From Eledone cirrhosa (taxonomy: Eukaryota), in the NCBI GenBank assembly GCA_964016885.1, contig OZ024751.1, positions 8,804,001-8,868,000 of the forward strand: 64,000 nucleotides of DNA, read 5' to 3'. The notes below the pieces were generated by a model. That model did not search any database and was not told the DNA's origin. It saw only the letters and a program-made list of their open reading frames with translations. Positions 1 to 14,229 of the stretch are shown here, piece by piece. Within the stretch, counting starts at the first letter, position 1. The number at the start of each line of letters is the position of its first letter. A program made the position numbers and the translations under genes.

Positions 1-1225
1 AATGCAGATATAGATAGAATATATCTCCCTAGGAAAGGAAGAGGACGTGGGTTAATCCAGTTAGACATTGCGTTGAAAACTGCAACAATTGGATTATCTA
101 CATATCAAAGGGAATCACATAATTGGATGATCAAACTCGTTTTGAAACACGAACGCATCAAAAGAACATACTCCATTACAAAAGATGCACAAAGATACAG
201 TAATGGACTACACATTTCAGAAGTCCCATTTACTACTGAAATAAAAAACACAGAAAAAGCAAAGCAGGTAAAAGTAACTGCAAAGAACGAACTCCTACAG
301 AAACTGGCTTAGAAATGGCAAGAAAAGCCTCTGTATGGAAAATACCCAGAACGAACTAACAATCCTGATGTTGACAAAACTTTAACCCATCAGTGGTTGG
401 CATCCTCTGGACTGAAATCGGAGACTGAAGGACTGATTATATCAGCACAAGATCAGTGTCTGCCAACAAAAAATTATCAAGCCAACATAATAAAAAATGG
501 ATGCAACCCATTATGCCGTGTATGTAAAAAACAACCAGAGACCATTGATCATATAATTTCAATGGTCAGTCCTATAGCTCCAACAGAATACCTAAACAGG
601 CATGACAGAGCTGCACAATACATACATTGGATAATGTGTAAGCATTTTGACCTGCCCCATCAAAAGTATTGGTGGGAGCATCAACCACCTCCCATACTTG
701 AAAAATATCACATCTCAATCTTGTGGAACTTTAGCATCCAAACAGACCGAAAAATAGATGCAAATAGACCTGATATAATATTGAAGGACTTTAAAAAGAG
801 GGTATGCCTGCTAATTGATATTTCCGTTCCAATAGACAAGAATGTATCTATAAAAACATTTGAAAAATTGAGCAAGTATAAGGACCTGGAGATAGAAATT
901 GGAAAAATATGGAAATTGAGAACTAAAACAATACCAGTGGTTGTAGGTGCTCTAGGAATGATTCCTAATGGGTCTAATGATTACTTATCGCAAATCCCAG
1001 GAAACCCGCGTATAGGAGAAATACAAAAGATAGTACTAATGGGAACTGCCCATATACTAAGGAAGATTCTGTCAATATAAGTACATCACAAGTCTAAACA
1101 CCTAAAGATGCATGTGTGAGTATGTATGTTCTTTCTTGAACATGGCGGACCTTGTTGTCTCTTGAGGTCACTGGTTGTGACTTGGTGATAACTCGTATGA
1201 ACATAAACCAAGATAAATGCAACTG
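1..1225 (+). mobile_element. 3' part of an RLE-type non-LTR retrotransposon (R4/Dong-like)
   Basis: One frame runs 1-1080 with a single stop at 310-312. It reads DIDRIYLPRKGRGRGL, Zn-knuckle region CRVC..ETIDHII..RHD, and RLE motif RPDII..LIDISVP..KLSKYKDL. A short 3' UTR ends in (TAA)n at 1226-1244. Confidence 0.9.
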
Positions 1226-1244
1226 TAATAATAATAATAATAAT

Positions 1245-4200
1245 GCTTTCTTTATTAACCACAAGGGTTTACATAAAGTAGTCATTAAGGACAGTACATG
1301 ACAATACAGGACGGTACAAATGAGCATTTCTGCGTGTAAAAAAAACAGAGGATGTAATAAAAATAACAATTAAAAATTCCTCAATATTGGGGAGACTTCT
1401 GAAGGACATTTGTGGAGAAAGCCCATTAAAAGGCCACAGTGACCCTGACACCAGGGCAAGTGCCCTCTCCCAGTTTTACACCTTTAATTTACAAACACAT
1501 ACTCAGAGTAGACCCATTAACTCGGGCCATACATGCTTCTTTCACCCATCTTTCAACAAAATGCTGGGAAGAGAATACTTCCCTCTCTACCCCGATTTTC
1601 CTTTTCAAATGAAATTTGAAAAAGTTAATCAGGGCATCACCGAAGAGGTAAGTGCTCGTCTTCAGCCCTTTCAAACGTGTCCATCATACTATCTCTTTCG
1701 CCATGGCCACCAGACAAATAAAAACTGCCTGCTCCTCGGTAGCACTGCCAGGCCAGGGATTTCTGGAACTTGTCCATAGGCCCCGGCCCGAAAGTCCTTC
1801 CAAAGAGATTGGCTAGTTGATTTTCGTCGACGCCTAGAGTTTCTCCAAGTACGTCGTCGCTCTTCCCCCTCCACTAATCCTCTATAGAACGCCAAGGTGG
1901 AGTTTTCACCGATCACATTGCCCGATTGGTCGAGGGCTGTGAGCGCCTGAAGACATTCCAGTCTCCAAGCGCTCCCTCTCGGTCGCGCTTGACCCAGGAC
2001 TGCAGCTCCGTCAAGGAGACGAGCTAGGGAAAGATGTGTCTAGCAAACGGCGACCATATCTGATCATGTCGTAGCCTGAGCGCGTGTCTGCGCATCATCA
2101 GCCACGACACGACCAGCCCTCCATGTAGCGAGTGTTGACATCAGATGGACCACCTGACCATCGGAGCGCGTCCCTTCCACAAAAAGCGAAAGAGGAAACG
2201 CTCCAGCGCAGTCAGGCGTGGCTTAGGACAAGGTACGACGGTCACGCTTTAGTAGGTGACGGACGCGATATACGCGTTAGCCACCTCCGCTCGACCTTTC
2301 AGGGATAGCTTCCACTCCGCGCATTTCTGGGTGAGAGAAGCCACCCTGCTCGACACCTCGTCCCTTTGTTTGTCCGTCTGGAGGTCCGGACCGAACCAGA
2401 CCCCGAGCAATTTAACTGGTCAGTCCGTTCAGCGCCCGACGACGCTGTTGGACGGCATAGACCTGCCTCTCCAGGTGCCGAGCTGCAGGCCCACTGACTT
2501 TTCATGGTTGATCATTGCTCCTGTCACCGCATCGTATTCTCTTAGTGTCGTGCCGATCGCCTAGATGTGTTTGGCGTTCGACACCACTTAGGTGACATCG
2601 TCCGCATATGCTGACACGGATCTTCCGCATCCTAGTTCGCGCGGGACACCCCTCAACGTCTCCAGTTTGTGCAGTAATGGCTCGAGAGTAATTACGTAGA
2701 AGAGGGACGAGAGGGGACATCCTTGGCGGACCGAGCGCATGATGTTGAACGGTTCTGAAAGGTGACCGTTCACTATCACCACAGAGCCGATGTCGCTGTG
2801 CATGGCAGCAATCAGCCTCTGAAGACGGGCCCAAAGCCAGCCGCCCTCAGGACTGCCGCTAGGTAACGATGGTCGACCCTATAGAAAGCTTTCGACTGAT
2901 TTAAATTGATCAAAGACCCACCCGTGCCAGGTTCCCTAGCTACCCTATCTACGATGTATCGCATGAGGTGGAGGTTGTCGTGGATGGATCTGTCGGGAAT
3001 GGTGCATGTCTGCGCCTGTCCCGCCAGACCACCAACGACAAGCGCCAACCTCTTTGCTAGCACCTTGGCTAAAATCTTGGACTCTGTGTTTAGCAGAGTT
3101 ATGGGCCTGAAATTATCTATGTTATCCCCCTTGTTCGGATCCTTTCTCAGCAGCGCCACAGCCCTCGGCTCACAGAGCTGGGAATTCTCCCGTTCTGTTG
3201 CCAGTTGAAGTAAACGTCCGCCAAGAGGCCTCCGAACAAATCTGGCATCTGTACGTAAAGTTCATAGGGCAGACCATCCACACCAGGCGATTTACCCCTT
3301 GTGCAGCCAGTCATTGCCTCCCGTACTTCAGCGGCTGTTATCGGCTTTTCGCAACACTCCGCCTCAGTAGGCTAGAGCCGCGGCAGTCCGTCGAGGTAGA
3401 CACTAAAGTCCATCCCTCGATCCGGCCCGCCGCTGCCCCTGAACAGTTGTGCGAAGTGTCGCTGAAAAGCTTTGCACATTTGCCCGGGATCGAGTAGCAT
3501 GCGACCGTCGTGGTCCACCAAAGACCGGATCGTGGCTTTGTTGCCACGACGCGCCTTCGCCACTCGGCCCCATTGAACGGCGTTCGTCCCCTCGTGTCTG
3601 GGAGCACGCACCCTAGCTCTGACAACGCAGCCTTCGTGCTTTGCATTGAAGAATTAGTCAAGGGCTAATTTCGCCACAAGTACGTCGGTCGCGATGTCTT
3701 TGCTAAGCGCCTCGTCTAATTTTCTAACTAATTCTCCCTCGGCTCTATTTTTCTCTATTGCTAAAGCCTTACTAAACCTAATGGACTCTATTCTAATCGC
3801 TCTTTTGAGAGCAAACCACCACTTGTTGTTGACAATTGCCCCCGTCAACGCCCGCTTAACTTGTTCGCTAATCCGGTCTCTGTAGGCCTTGCGCGCTGGT
3901 AAAGACGCGTTTAGCTTCCAGTAACCGGGTCCTCGTCTATGAAGCCTATCTCAGTCAAGCACACAGATCACGAATTTGTGGTCCGTGTAGCTGACTATCT
4001 TGAATTGTGGACAGCCTATGCTAGACCTATCTATTTCCGTACAAAATACTCTATCGAGATATGATTTGGATGACCCTATGCGATTTGTCCAAGTCCACAT
4101 TGGCACATTCGGGAAATCCAATCGGTACCTGTCAGACAGTTCAAAACGCCTGAGCAGGTTGGTGAAACTCTTGTACCCTCCTCCCCTATCCGCTAATCCC

Positions 4201-6853
4201 ACACAGTCCAGCGTGCATCTAAGATCCCGTTCCAGTCACCCACTAACACTAAAGAGCGGGACGTTCCAAGAAGGTCTCCAGACGCTGGAAGAAATCAGGC
4301 CGCCCTGCTCCTGTCCGGGCATAGACGGCCACTAGCCTTAAAGCTTGCCCGTCTCCGGTAGTCGCATCCAGCACCACCAACTTACCTTCTGGGTTCAGGA
4401 TGGCGAGATTCAACCCGTATGGCGAGATTCAACCCTCTCCAAAAAAGCACAGCAACTCCACCCCCGATCACGGACGGTTGGGAGATGCATACACATCGTA
4501 GCCGCCGAAGATCGGTGCGAAGGGCCGTGCTTCGGAGATTCTGGTCTCTCTGATGGCCACTACATCTATATTTAGTGACTTGAGGTCGTTGAGCAGGTGG
4601 CCATGCTTCCATCACGACCCCAAGCCACGCGCATTTATGCTGCCTATTTTGAGTGAGGTCATCTTGAAATGGAGTGGAAAAGATGGGATGGACCAATTAC
4701 CTTACTTCTCGTAGAGGAAGGATGGTTTGTCCATCCTTTTCACTGCTTGTGGCCTCCTCCAGAAGGATGTCCTTATAAATTCTCCTTGAGAGTGCTTGTC
4801 GGAAGTCTCCGATGTCTTTGGGGAATTTTTGTTTTAGTGTCGTGTACGTTTTCTGTGTGATGCGAGTGATTTGTATGTGTGGAGGTGGTGTGAACTTTTG
4901 GGTTGAGGTGTAGTATTTTTCTGTGATGCTGGTGTTGTGTTGGATGTAGTGTAATAATTGGTTGTTGTTCAAATTTAATGCTGTGTAGTGTGTATCGTTT
5001 TGGTTGTTTTGTTTTGTTTGCATTTGTTGTGGGTTTGTTTCTGTTTCGTTCTTTAGTGACTTGTGTGGTGTTGGTGATGGTGGTGGTGGGGTTAATGATG
5101 GTGATGGTGTTTGTGGTGATGGGGTTGGTGATGCTGGTGTGGATGTTGGCATATCTGTCCTAACTTTTTTGTTTGATAGTTTATTTGTTTTCCTCTGTAT
5201 TTTGTTTTTGGAGGGGGAAGGAAGAATTTTTTTTCTTTTTTGGTTTCTTTTTTTCTTTTTTCCTGATACCGTTTCCCACTCCTCGTCGTCACAATCTGTC
5301 CCCAGTTGTGATAGGCCGGGGAGTGGAAAATCCTCCACAGGCGTTAGTTTTGGTTGTGGCGTGGTGGATAGTGTAGGCGCTGGTGCTAGTTCTGGCGCGT
5401 TGGGTGGTGCGTGTGTTGGTTTTGCTACTGTTGTTGGGGTTGTTGCTGTTACAGTTGCTTCTGTTGTTGCTGCTACAGTTGTTGCTGCCATTTCTGCTGC
5501 TGGTGGTGTTGATGGTTGAGTCACTGGGTTGGGTAAGAGAGGTGGCCTCAACATTTTAGCCTGAGGGCAGAAAGCCCTTAGGTGGGTTCCTTCACCACAA
5601 ACGGCACACCTAGGCCTTCTGCCCTCGACGATTACGGTGAGGTGGCTGCCGTCAGTGAGGTCTATTACCTCTGGGATCTTCTCAATGCTTTTTTAGTCCT
5701 GTTGGATCAGGAGCTCCATCAAAGATCCGGACCAGTTCTACTGTTTTTCTTTCGCTATTTCGATTATCTTGGTGTTGGCTTCGATGCCGGCGAGGACGGC
5801 ATCTATTAACCAAGGAATGTCGATGGCCGGTGGAACGTGGGTCACCCTGATCTTTACGAGTCTCTGGCCACAATAGCTTGGGACGAGTGTGAAGTCGTCA
5901 CTTCTTAATGGGGCCATGGAGTGTTCTCTAGCCTCCTGTGGTGTTTCAAAGAACACATCCACGGTTCCATATTTCTGCCCACGTCTGATGTGGGTTTTTT
6001 TTTGCCCACACATGTCCCAACGCTTTTTGGATTTGGGACTCGGATGCCCGTTCCACTCGGCGCGATTTCATGTTAATTGTTTTATAAGACACATTGCATA
6101 GGCGCCGATGCTCCATTTTATTAGATGTTGGGGGGGGGGGGGCTGACCCTGTACCCATCTTTCTTTACCATTTTTTTGGCTTCTTCTAATTCCTCCTGAG
6201 TTACCTGAAATGCTTCGCACTGTTTTGCTACTCTGGCAAAACTCAAGGTGGTTTTCTTAATTTCATTGTTGTTGTTGTTATCGTTATTTTTGTTATTGTT
6301 AATTTTAGTTTCAGTTGTGGTGGTGGTGGCGTCAGTGGTGTTCGGTGTGGAAGAGTTCATTCTGGTTGAATTCATTTCGATATCACGATTTAATTTATTT
6401 TTCCTTTTGTTTCTGTTGTTGCGGTGGTGGTGGGGGTGGGGGTTGTCGCGGTGGTGGTGGTGGCGGCTTTAACACCTGCAGTCATTGGTAATGGCGGGAA
6501 ATGAATGTCTGCCTGAGACAAATTTAAAATATTGCTACTGCTTATATTTTTAGTGTTGGCAAACGTAGTAATATTTACAATGGTGGTGCCGGTGTGAGGT
6601 GTTAGTTTGTGAGGAAGGAGTGACTCTGAGTCATCCATGATTTTTCAAAGAAAAATATTTTGTTTGATAATTATAAAAGTTTAAATTTGGGGCTCAAGGC
6701 CCCAGTCTTTTTGTGTGTCCTTTTCAGATAACAATGTATGTGCACTTATATACAGTTAACAATAACAATTTTCCATGAATGGCAATTTTAAACAACTGAA
6801 AATAACAAACCTTTGCGGAGCTCACGATGATACGATTTACTACGTAGGTCGCC
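1245..6853 (-). mobile_element. Near full-length degenerate L1/Tx1-clade LINE
   Basis: ORF1 remnants ~6638-4697 (RRM-like region, CCHC knuckle CAVCGEGTHLRAFC, Pro/Thr-rich part). ORF2 remnants from ~4650: APE motifs (WTW..SYLDRVF, TDHKFV, PGYWKLN) and RT motifs (NFRPITLLNTESKILAK, VRQGCPLS, AYADDVT). AATAAA at the 3' end; (TAA)n on both sides. Confidence 0.92.
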
Positions 6854-7569
6854 AATAATAATAATAATAATAATAAATATACATATATATATATATGCGC
6901 GCGCGTGTGTGTGTGTGTATGTGCATATATATATATATATATTTATGTATGTGCAAATGTGTCAGCATCCACAAACACACACACACACACACACACACAG
7001 CATTCTATTGGGAATGTGTGAGCAAGGTTTATCCTTCATCTACTTCTATCACAATTTCAGAGAATCTGCAGCAATGTCCAATATCATTCCAGAATGGCTG
7101 ACTGCAATCTAGACCGTTTCAAACCTCTTATATAAAACATCAATTATTTAAAACAATTATATATTTTCTGTATCTATTTAACGTTTATCATCTCACTCGT
7201 AACACACGAGTTGTTTAAAATAATCAGTATTCTCTTTAGTATCTACCTACAAATATTAAATGAGAATATTTGAAATTGCTCAAGAGAAATATTTATAAAG
7301 TTGGTGTATTTTCTCATTTTACGATGCAGATAAAGAAAAATAATATAAATATTTGGAAACATTTCATAAATATTTCCAAAAATTAATAAAGAAATTGATT
7401 CAAGTGAAATGAAGTAATATTGTACCTACAGGTTATTTCAGTATAATTCAGCTACGCAGATGGTAAAATGGAATTTATGAAGTAGTCTGTCTATAATGAT
7501 AAAAAACGTGTTAATGAAACTGCAATAACAGCACTGCTTTACTTCACTTCAGCAAAAAGGTAAAACAAT

Positions 7570-10370
7570 CTGATTACAAAATAATATATACAATATACAA
7601 GTGGAACCCGTTTCTTCTACAACAACTACAACGGTACGCGATGGGGCCCACCCACAGCCCCGGCGGACAGAATGAAGAAGGCGTTTCCCCGGAGGACGGC
7701 TAGGGAGACGCACTGGAAGAGTCTCTCCAACTCGCAGGGCTCACACCTGCGGCTGGCCAGCTCAGCACCTTTAGTGGTGAGTAAGGAGGTAGCCCTAGAG
7801 CCGAGGACACCAGAAGTCTCCACTGCCAGGGGTACGACCGCAAACCTGTCGGAGAGCGACCGGTATTTGAGGAGTTTGGCCCCCTCAGCCCGACGTGCAG
7901 CAGAAACTCGGTCAGTTGCAGACTGCCTCAGCTTGCGGCTGCAGAAAGTGTCGGTGCAAGTGGCATCCCAGACGAGGGGTTTTCCACCGCGGAACGGGAA
8001 GATGGTCATGCCATCTGGCCTTTTGCCGTCCACTCGATGCAGCCCCACAGGTTTGAGCTGAGAGGGGAAGCCTGCAGCGTCCAAGCCACACTTAATGACT
8101 TCGTTCAGGGCAGCATGGAATGCGGGCAGCATGGAATCAGGGCAGCGTGGAATGCGGGCGACACTGTGGCGAGAGGAAAGCGGGTGGTGGCCGAAAGAGT
8201 CCACAGTGGAACCGCAGCGACATTGGTGTGACTGGCAGATCCGGAGGCCGAGCCTGAGGGAAACGCCGATGCGCAGGCTATGGTTGTCTAGCTGCGTGCC
8301 AGTGGAGAAGTAGGGCAAGGCATAGAGCCAGACACCACTGTGGGGTTTGGAGGCCGCACGAAAACAAGCAAGGCGGAGCCGGTCGAGCTGGCGTGTGAGC
8401 CTGTCTGAAGCCAGGCTGCACTGGATGGCATCCCAAGTACGTTGGGGGGACTTGACGTCAACAGGGGAGAAGGAGGGGGGACGTCTACTGGGCTAAGTCC
8501 CAGCCGGTCCCACGTCTCACAGGCGGCTTCACGTTCTCTGAACACAGATGGTTCTGTTGTGTTTTGAAGAACCCTGCTGATGAGGACGCGCATGAGGTTA
8601 CCGACGAAAGATACGCCGGCAAAGCTAGTGAGATCGGGGACCGGAGGCCAAGGCCGCCATACCTGACAGAAAAAGTGGCCTGTTGCCACCTTATGTCGAC
8701 AAACTTGACGTTGCATATCTCCTCGGCTGCTGTTCGGATAAAAGTATCGAGGTAAGCGAGGAGAGATGTCTGGGTGTAGAACGGAGCGCTGCCGAGTGTA
8801 TGGAGGATCTTCGGCATGGCGAAGCAGTTCCTGAGCAGAAAGAGAGCTGGGTGGCCGTCAATCAAGCCCAGTCGGCTCGTGAGAGTCTGGAGCTATTGAA
8901 GCCTGGACCTGATGGTGGAGTGGATGTCCGGCGGGTGGATCGGTGTCCCGAGGATGAGGACATCCTCTTTGGGGGTCACCTGAACCTGGCGGAGAATGGA
9001 CCGCACGTCCAAGACGGAGGGTGCAAAGCTCGCAGCATCGAGGCTGACATTCACCACCTCCGACTTGGCCGAGTTGACCTGGAGGCCGATTCCCGCCCGG
9101 GCAGGAACCACCGATTGAAGCTCATGGCAGACCGTCCGTACGGGCCCGCCCAACGTAGCATCATCCAGATACCAAACATTGAGAGTGGTCGTGATACTGC
9201 GGGCGATGTGATCAATACCAAGGGCGAACAGCAGGCGTCCCAAAGTGTCACCCTGTTGGAGCCCAGTAGCCGAGGAGGCGTATGAGCGTATGCCACGCTC
9301 TTTCTTCCTGAGAGCAGTGAGGCTTGCCGGAAAAAAGAGGCCTCAAGCGTAAGGGTCCAGGGCGCCATGGATGGGCCTATTGGTGAACGTCACAATTGCA
9401 CTCAGAAGGCGGCGTCCGGCCTCAGTGGAGAGGGGGGGATATCAACTCCTTGACGTGGCCTGGTCGGAGACCATCAACACCTCCGCAGCTGCTAGCTGGG
9501 AAGGACCTGATGGCGGACATGATGTCTGCATCAGAAACCACAAGGAGCAAGTGGGGGTCGGGTGGGGGTATGGGTCGGGTGTTTGAGTCGCAGAGCAGCC
9601 AGGACCTCCTCTGTGTGTTGGAGGACAGTGTCCTCTGAGGCAACAACTCTAACTGCGGCCGAGACATCACCCATGATAAGCTTGGTGTTTATCTGGTCAC
9701 GCAAACGCTTGGCCATGGCCTCGGGGCTGGAGGATAGGGGGCACCTGAGGTTGGGGTGTGCGGCGTCCCTGGACTCGCTTGGAATGGGCGCTTGCCCAAA
9801 GGACGAGACATTGGCCTTGACGAAGGCTGTTGTTGACCGGCCACCTTGGTCAGCGCCAGAGCTGGGGATGCCGAGGGCGAGTGGGATGAAGTAGAACAGC
9901 CGCTCCCAGTCACAGGCTCGATTGGAGTCCAGGGCGCTCTCAAACGAGGAAGCGAGGGCATCGGCTACCGACACCCGTGCCATCCTCGGTATCCTGAGTG
10001 GGATGTTGCGGAGCCGCCTGAGCCTAGCGATGTTGACCAGCGAGGCTTGGGCGCCAGGCCTTCTCGCTGTCCTAGCTGGTGGTGTGCCAGACGAACGTTG
10101 CTGGGAAGACGTGGGGAAGAAGCAGCTCCTGTACCTCCCCGCTGCTAGGGCATTGGAACCTAGACGAGTCAAGCAGACACAGGTGAGGTGGTGGAAGCAG
10201 CCGCACTCTAAACAGTTCCGGTCACTCTACCGTTTGTTAGTGGTACTGCAAGTGCTGCATGTGTCGGTTTGGGGGGATGGGCGTGGGGCCGGGGACTGGG
10301 GCACCGAGTGGAATCGGGGGTGTGTGGGTGGCGTGTGTGGATGGAAGGGAAAGTGCTGGTAAGTGTGCCT
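7570..10370 (-). mobile_element. Degenerate CRE-clade RLE non-LTR retrotransposon
   Basis: Frameshifted fragments SSCGGVDGLRPGHVK, LLFALGI..WYLDD (RT), RYGGLGLRS, and CRCG..GHH..RPDG..LVWDATCTD..K..KY..PLAVETSGVLG (RLE, 7626-8318). Boundaries approximate. Confidence 0.88.
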
Positions 10371-10877
10371 CATAGCTCACCTATATATATAAAGGTGTAA
10401 GAAAATAAGTGAGAAAAGAAGGAGCTGCATGTAGGGGGCACACAAGAAGGTAGAATGTTAGTAAATGAATGACTGATGCATGAATGTACAAAAAAGGGGG
10501 GGGGGGGAACAGAGGGTTGTTCCTAGCGGAAAGACCCACAGTTCAGCACGCACACATGCGAGCAACTTATCAGTTTGTTATAGGAATTCGTGGCTGGAGG
10601 TGTGTCACTGAGGCTGGGGTTGGCTTCCTCTTCTTAATTGGAGAGTTTTTGTTGTTAATGTCACTGTTGTCGTCGTTGCTTTCCTCTTGTTAATGGTGAA
10701 GATTGCTGGTGAGATGTTGATGTACACGTATGCGTGTTGTTCATGTTAATGCCACAGTTGTTGTCGTTGCCTTCTTCTTGTTAATGGTGGTGGAGATGAA
10801 ACTACTACCAGGTCGGGCTGTCAGGTACTATGCTGAGGCTCGAGTGCCTTCTTTTACCGAAGATGCGGATGTCGATC

Positions 10878-11060
10878 GATTGGGAGTATCGGTAGAGGGT
10901 CGGACGCCATGCTTTCCAGCATAGTTACGTCCCTTTACGATCTGAGTTCAAATCCCGCCGAGGTTGACTTTGCCTTTCATCCTTACGGGGTCGATAAAAT
11001 AAAGTACCAGTAATGCACTGGGTAATTGCTGGCCTTGTGCCTAAAGTAGAAACAGTTATT
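10878..11060 (+). mobile_element. tRNA-derived SINE (octopus-type)
   Basis: A-box-like TGGGAGTATCGG, B box GAGTTCAAATCC, core GACTTTGCCTTTCATCCTTACGGGGTCGATAAAATAAAGTACCAG and an ATT tail. Many copies occur in the window. Confidence 0.85.
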
Positions 11061-11380
11061 ATCATGTTGCTGTCGCCTTCCTGACCGGAGATGCGGGTCA
11101 GTGACTTTCGGCATCATTTGGCAGCACAACGGCAAATAAATATATTCTCTATTTTGTTATTTTGGGGTCTTTTCTGAAATAAATGCATATAGAGTATGTT
11201 AGTTTTAATTATTTATATTTATTTTAAAGTAGATAGAGAGAACATATCCAACGACGAGGTACATATACATTTGTATATAACGAATAGCTGGTTTGACACA
11301 CACACATAAAAGAACAATCATGTCTCGGCGAATAGTCTCTCTCTCTCTCTCACTCACTCTATTTCCCTCTCTCTCCCTCA

Positions 11381-11418
<38 letters not shown>

Positions 11419-11699
11419 TTCCCTCGCACTCTTTCTCTGCCACTCTTCCTTTGTTTCTCTCTCTCTTTCTTCGTTTCTTTCTATCTTTCTTTCTCTCTCT
11501 CTCGGTCTATATATACATATAGAGAGAAGGCGTTCAAGACAAATGAAAAATCAACCCACCTCTGGAAATTAATGTTATAAAATCAATAAAATAATATTTT
11601 CATCACTAACGAATATATAAATATGACAGTCCAGAGATACATTCCGGCTACTAACATAACTGACATGATCACAACGTTTACAGTGAGTCCCCTGTATAT

Positions 11700-14006
11700 A
11701 TATATATATATATATAAACCAAATGGAAACCTGAAATATGTCAACAGACACTCCACCCACCCTAGGAGCATAATTAACTCAATAGTTAAAAGCGTTTCCT
11801 ACAGAGTGTCCACCCTGTCAGCAAATAGAACTATCTTCAACCAGCACGCGGAATACTATAACTCCTCACTTGAAAAGGCTGGATACATTGAGAAGATATC
11901 TTACAATGACCCAACTAGAACCGCAACGCCGCTAAACCTAATCAGACCCTTAGAAATACATGTAGACGAGGACACCACACCTAGAACAAATACTAACCTA
12001 AGACCCTCCTTAGCCGACAGGACAGGCAGCGTTACACACAACTGCCAAGGAGATAAAGCTATACTCTCCAACCCCAATAAGGACTCTGAATATCGCACGC
12101 GTATACCTAGTAATAGAGACCCGAGACATAACGCCAATAGAATAGTAGGATCTCCTATAACAAATACGCCTGACCAAAACACACCCACGCAACCACCAAA
12201 CACCGTAAAGCCCGAAGCAGTCCTGTGACATGGTACAGCGTCCCGTACTCTATACACGTTGCCACCAATATACCGGAAACCTTCTTCAGAGCTCTGGAAC
12301 AATCCTTCCCACCCATACATAAATACCACAAGCTCTTCAATAAACACACTGTCAAATTCTCCTTCTCTACAGGACGAAATCTAGGCGAAACGATGGCACA
12401 CACTAATCGGACAAAATTACGCAAACACATGGTAGCTCCACAACAAACACTAGCACAACCCAGAACGAAACCAAACACACAACACAAAAACCCACATGCC
12501 AGCACCACACAGAATACGAACAACCGAAAACGTGCCATCAAACCTGTCGCCTCCAACTGCAACTGCAAAAAGCGGGTGGAATGCCCACTAAACGGGGAGT
12601 GCCTCGTTAAAAACATTATTTACCGGTGCGATGTCACAGCTGGCAGAAAAGAGTACTCCTATATAGGTGCGACCTCGACTACGTTTAAGGAGTGCTGGTA
12701 TAAGCACAAAAGCTCCTTTAAACACAGGCTCAAACGATCCCAAACTAGACTGGCCGACTTGATCTGGGAACTCAAAGACAAGAACATCGAATTCCAGATC
12801 AAATGGCCAGTTAAAAGACGCGTGGCCCAACTCCCTAGCGACAGAAACCACTGCAGGTTATGTCTGGCCGAGGCGGCTGAGATCATTAAATTGAAATCTG
12901 CCATAAACTCTAGGTCTGACATAATTATAAATTGTAGACACACCAGAATGAACGCCTTCTCTGCACAAATATTCGGCCGAGGGCCACAAACTAATCCTGA
13001 CTCAACATAATGATAACCACTTTTATCTTGCCACACCGCCCCTCATCTAAGTGCATTTGTCTTATATAACATGTAACCCTTTGTAAGTTCAGATTTTGTA
13101 AATATCATGTCGCATCCATCACCCCAACCGCCGCCACCAACAGACACATCGCCATACATCCCTCATCTCAGTACCATTGTGTTCAATCTGTCCTCCCTGT
13201 CAGGTTTGAACTTGTAAACCATCGTAACATCCGATCCTGTAAATAAAATGTCGAACATATCAACCCATCACCACCATACATATCGCTATATGTCAACCAC
13301 CCGTCATCCACAACCTTGTTTCCCCGTGTTCCCTATGTCATTGTTTAACATGTTATCCATCATAAAATTCGATCCTGTTAATATTTTGTCGCACCCACCA
13401 CCACCGCCAGCACCAGGCTCATCTCCATACTTCAACAATCATCAACATCAACACATATCTTCCCTCCCAAAACAACGCATGTGTGTGTGTGTCTGTGTAA
13501 GTATATTTACTTGTACAACGCCATCTCCGCTGGCCCTCTCACTCTATATATATATATTCACATGTGTATGTATACAACGGTTTTGTCAGACTAAGTGTGT
13601 CTATGTATGTATCCCCTTATTGAATTTGACACCACCAACACATTCATCACACCACCGTAATCACCATTACCACAAACAACAAGGCTACACCCACAGCACA
13701 CACACATCAGACTCAGCTACATGCCAATCTGTCCACCGACAACCAGCACCCCCACACACTGCCCACTTCAGTCTGCGACCGTCACCACCATCTTATCACC
13801 ACACCCACACCCACATTCACCACAGGCAAAAACATCACTATGAACTATTCCACCAATCAAAACAAACTTTATTGAATAACATATGAACTTCTGACTTTAT
13901 CATACACCATGTATTCATTCTCTACTAACATTACAAGACGTCCGACGAGCCGCGGTTTACAGATTCTGGTAAGATCGATACAGATCGAAAGTTTCAGCTG
14001 ATCAGT

Positions 14007-14010
<4 letters not shown>
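11700..14010 (+). mobile_element. 5'-truncated Penelope-like element (RT C-terminus plus GIY-YIG endonuclease)
   Basis: YKPNGNLKYVNRHSTHP..RVSTLS, then CNC..CPLNGECLVKNIIYRC..YIGATSTTFK..HKSSF..LIWELK (12225-13010). Long 3' UTR, a degenerate hammerhead-like motif at ~13961-13997, then (TA)n. Confidence 0.88.
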
Positions 14011-14085
<75 letters not shown>

Positions 14086-14229
14086 GAGGTATCCACTGTA
14101 AGTTGTGGGGTCTATTCTGTATGAAGAACTCAATGTAATCCATATGTTGAAAATGTTGTAGGTTAAGATAAATCTCAGAAAATAATAAAACATTAAAAGG
14201 AAAACAGAGTCATGATATAAGTTGAAACC

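Noticed and set aside
7672-10362. Plus-strand ORFs over the CRE element, and similar antisense ORFs over the L1 and LTR elements
   Set aside because: Shadow ORFs of GC-rich coding sequence.
12225-12228. TGA in the PLE ORF as selenocysteine (as in Naiad PLEs)
   Set aside because: The protein continues in another frame, so this is a frameshift.
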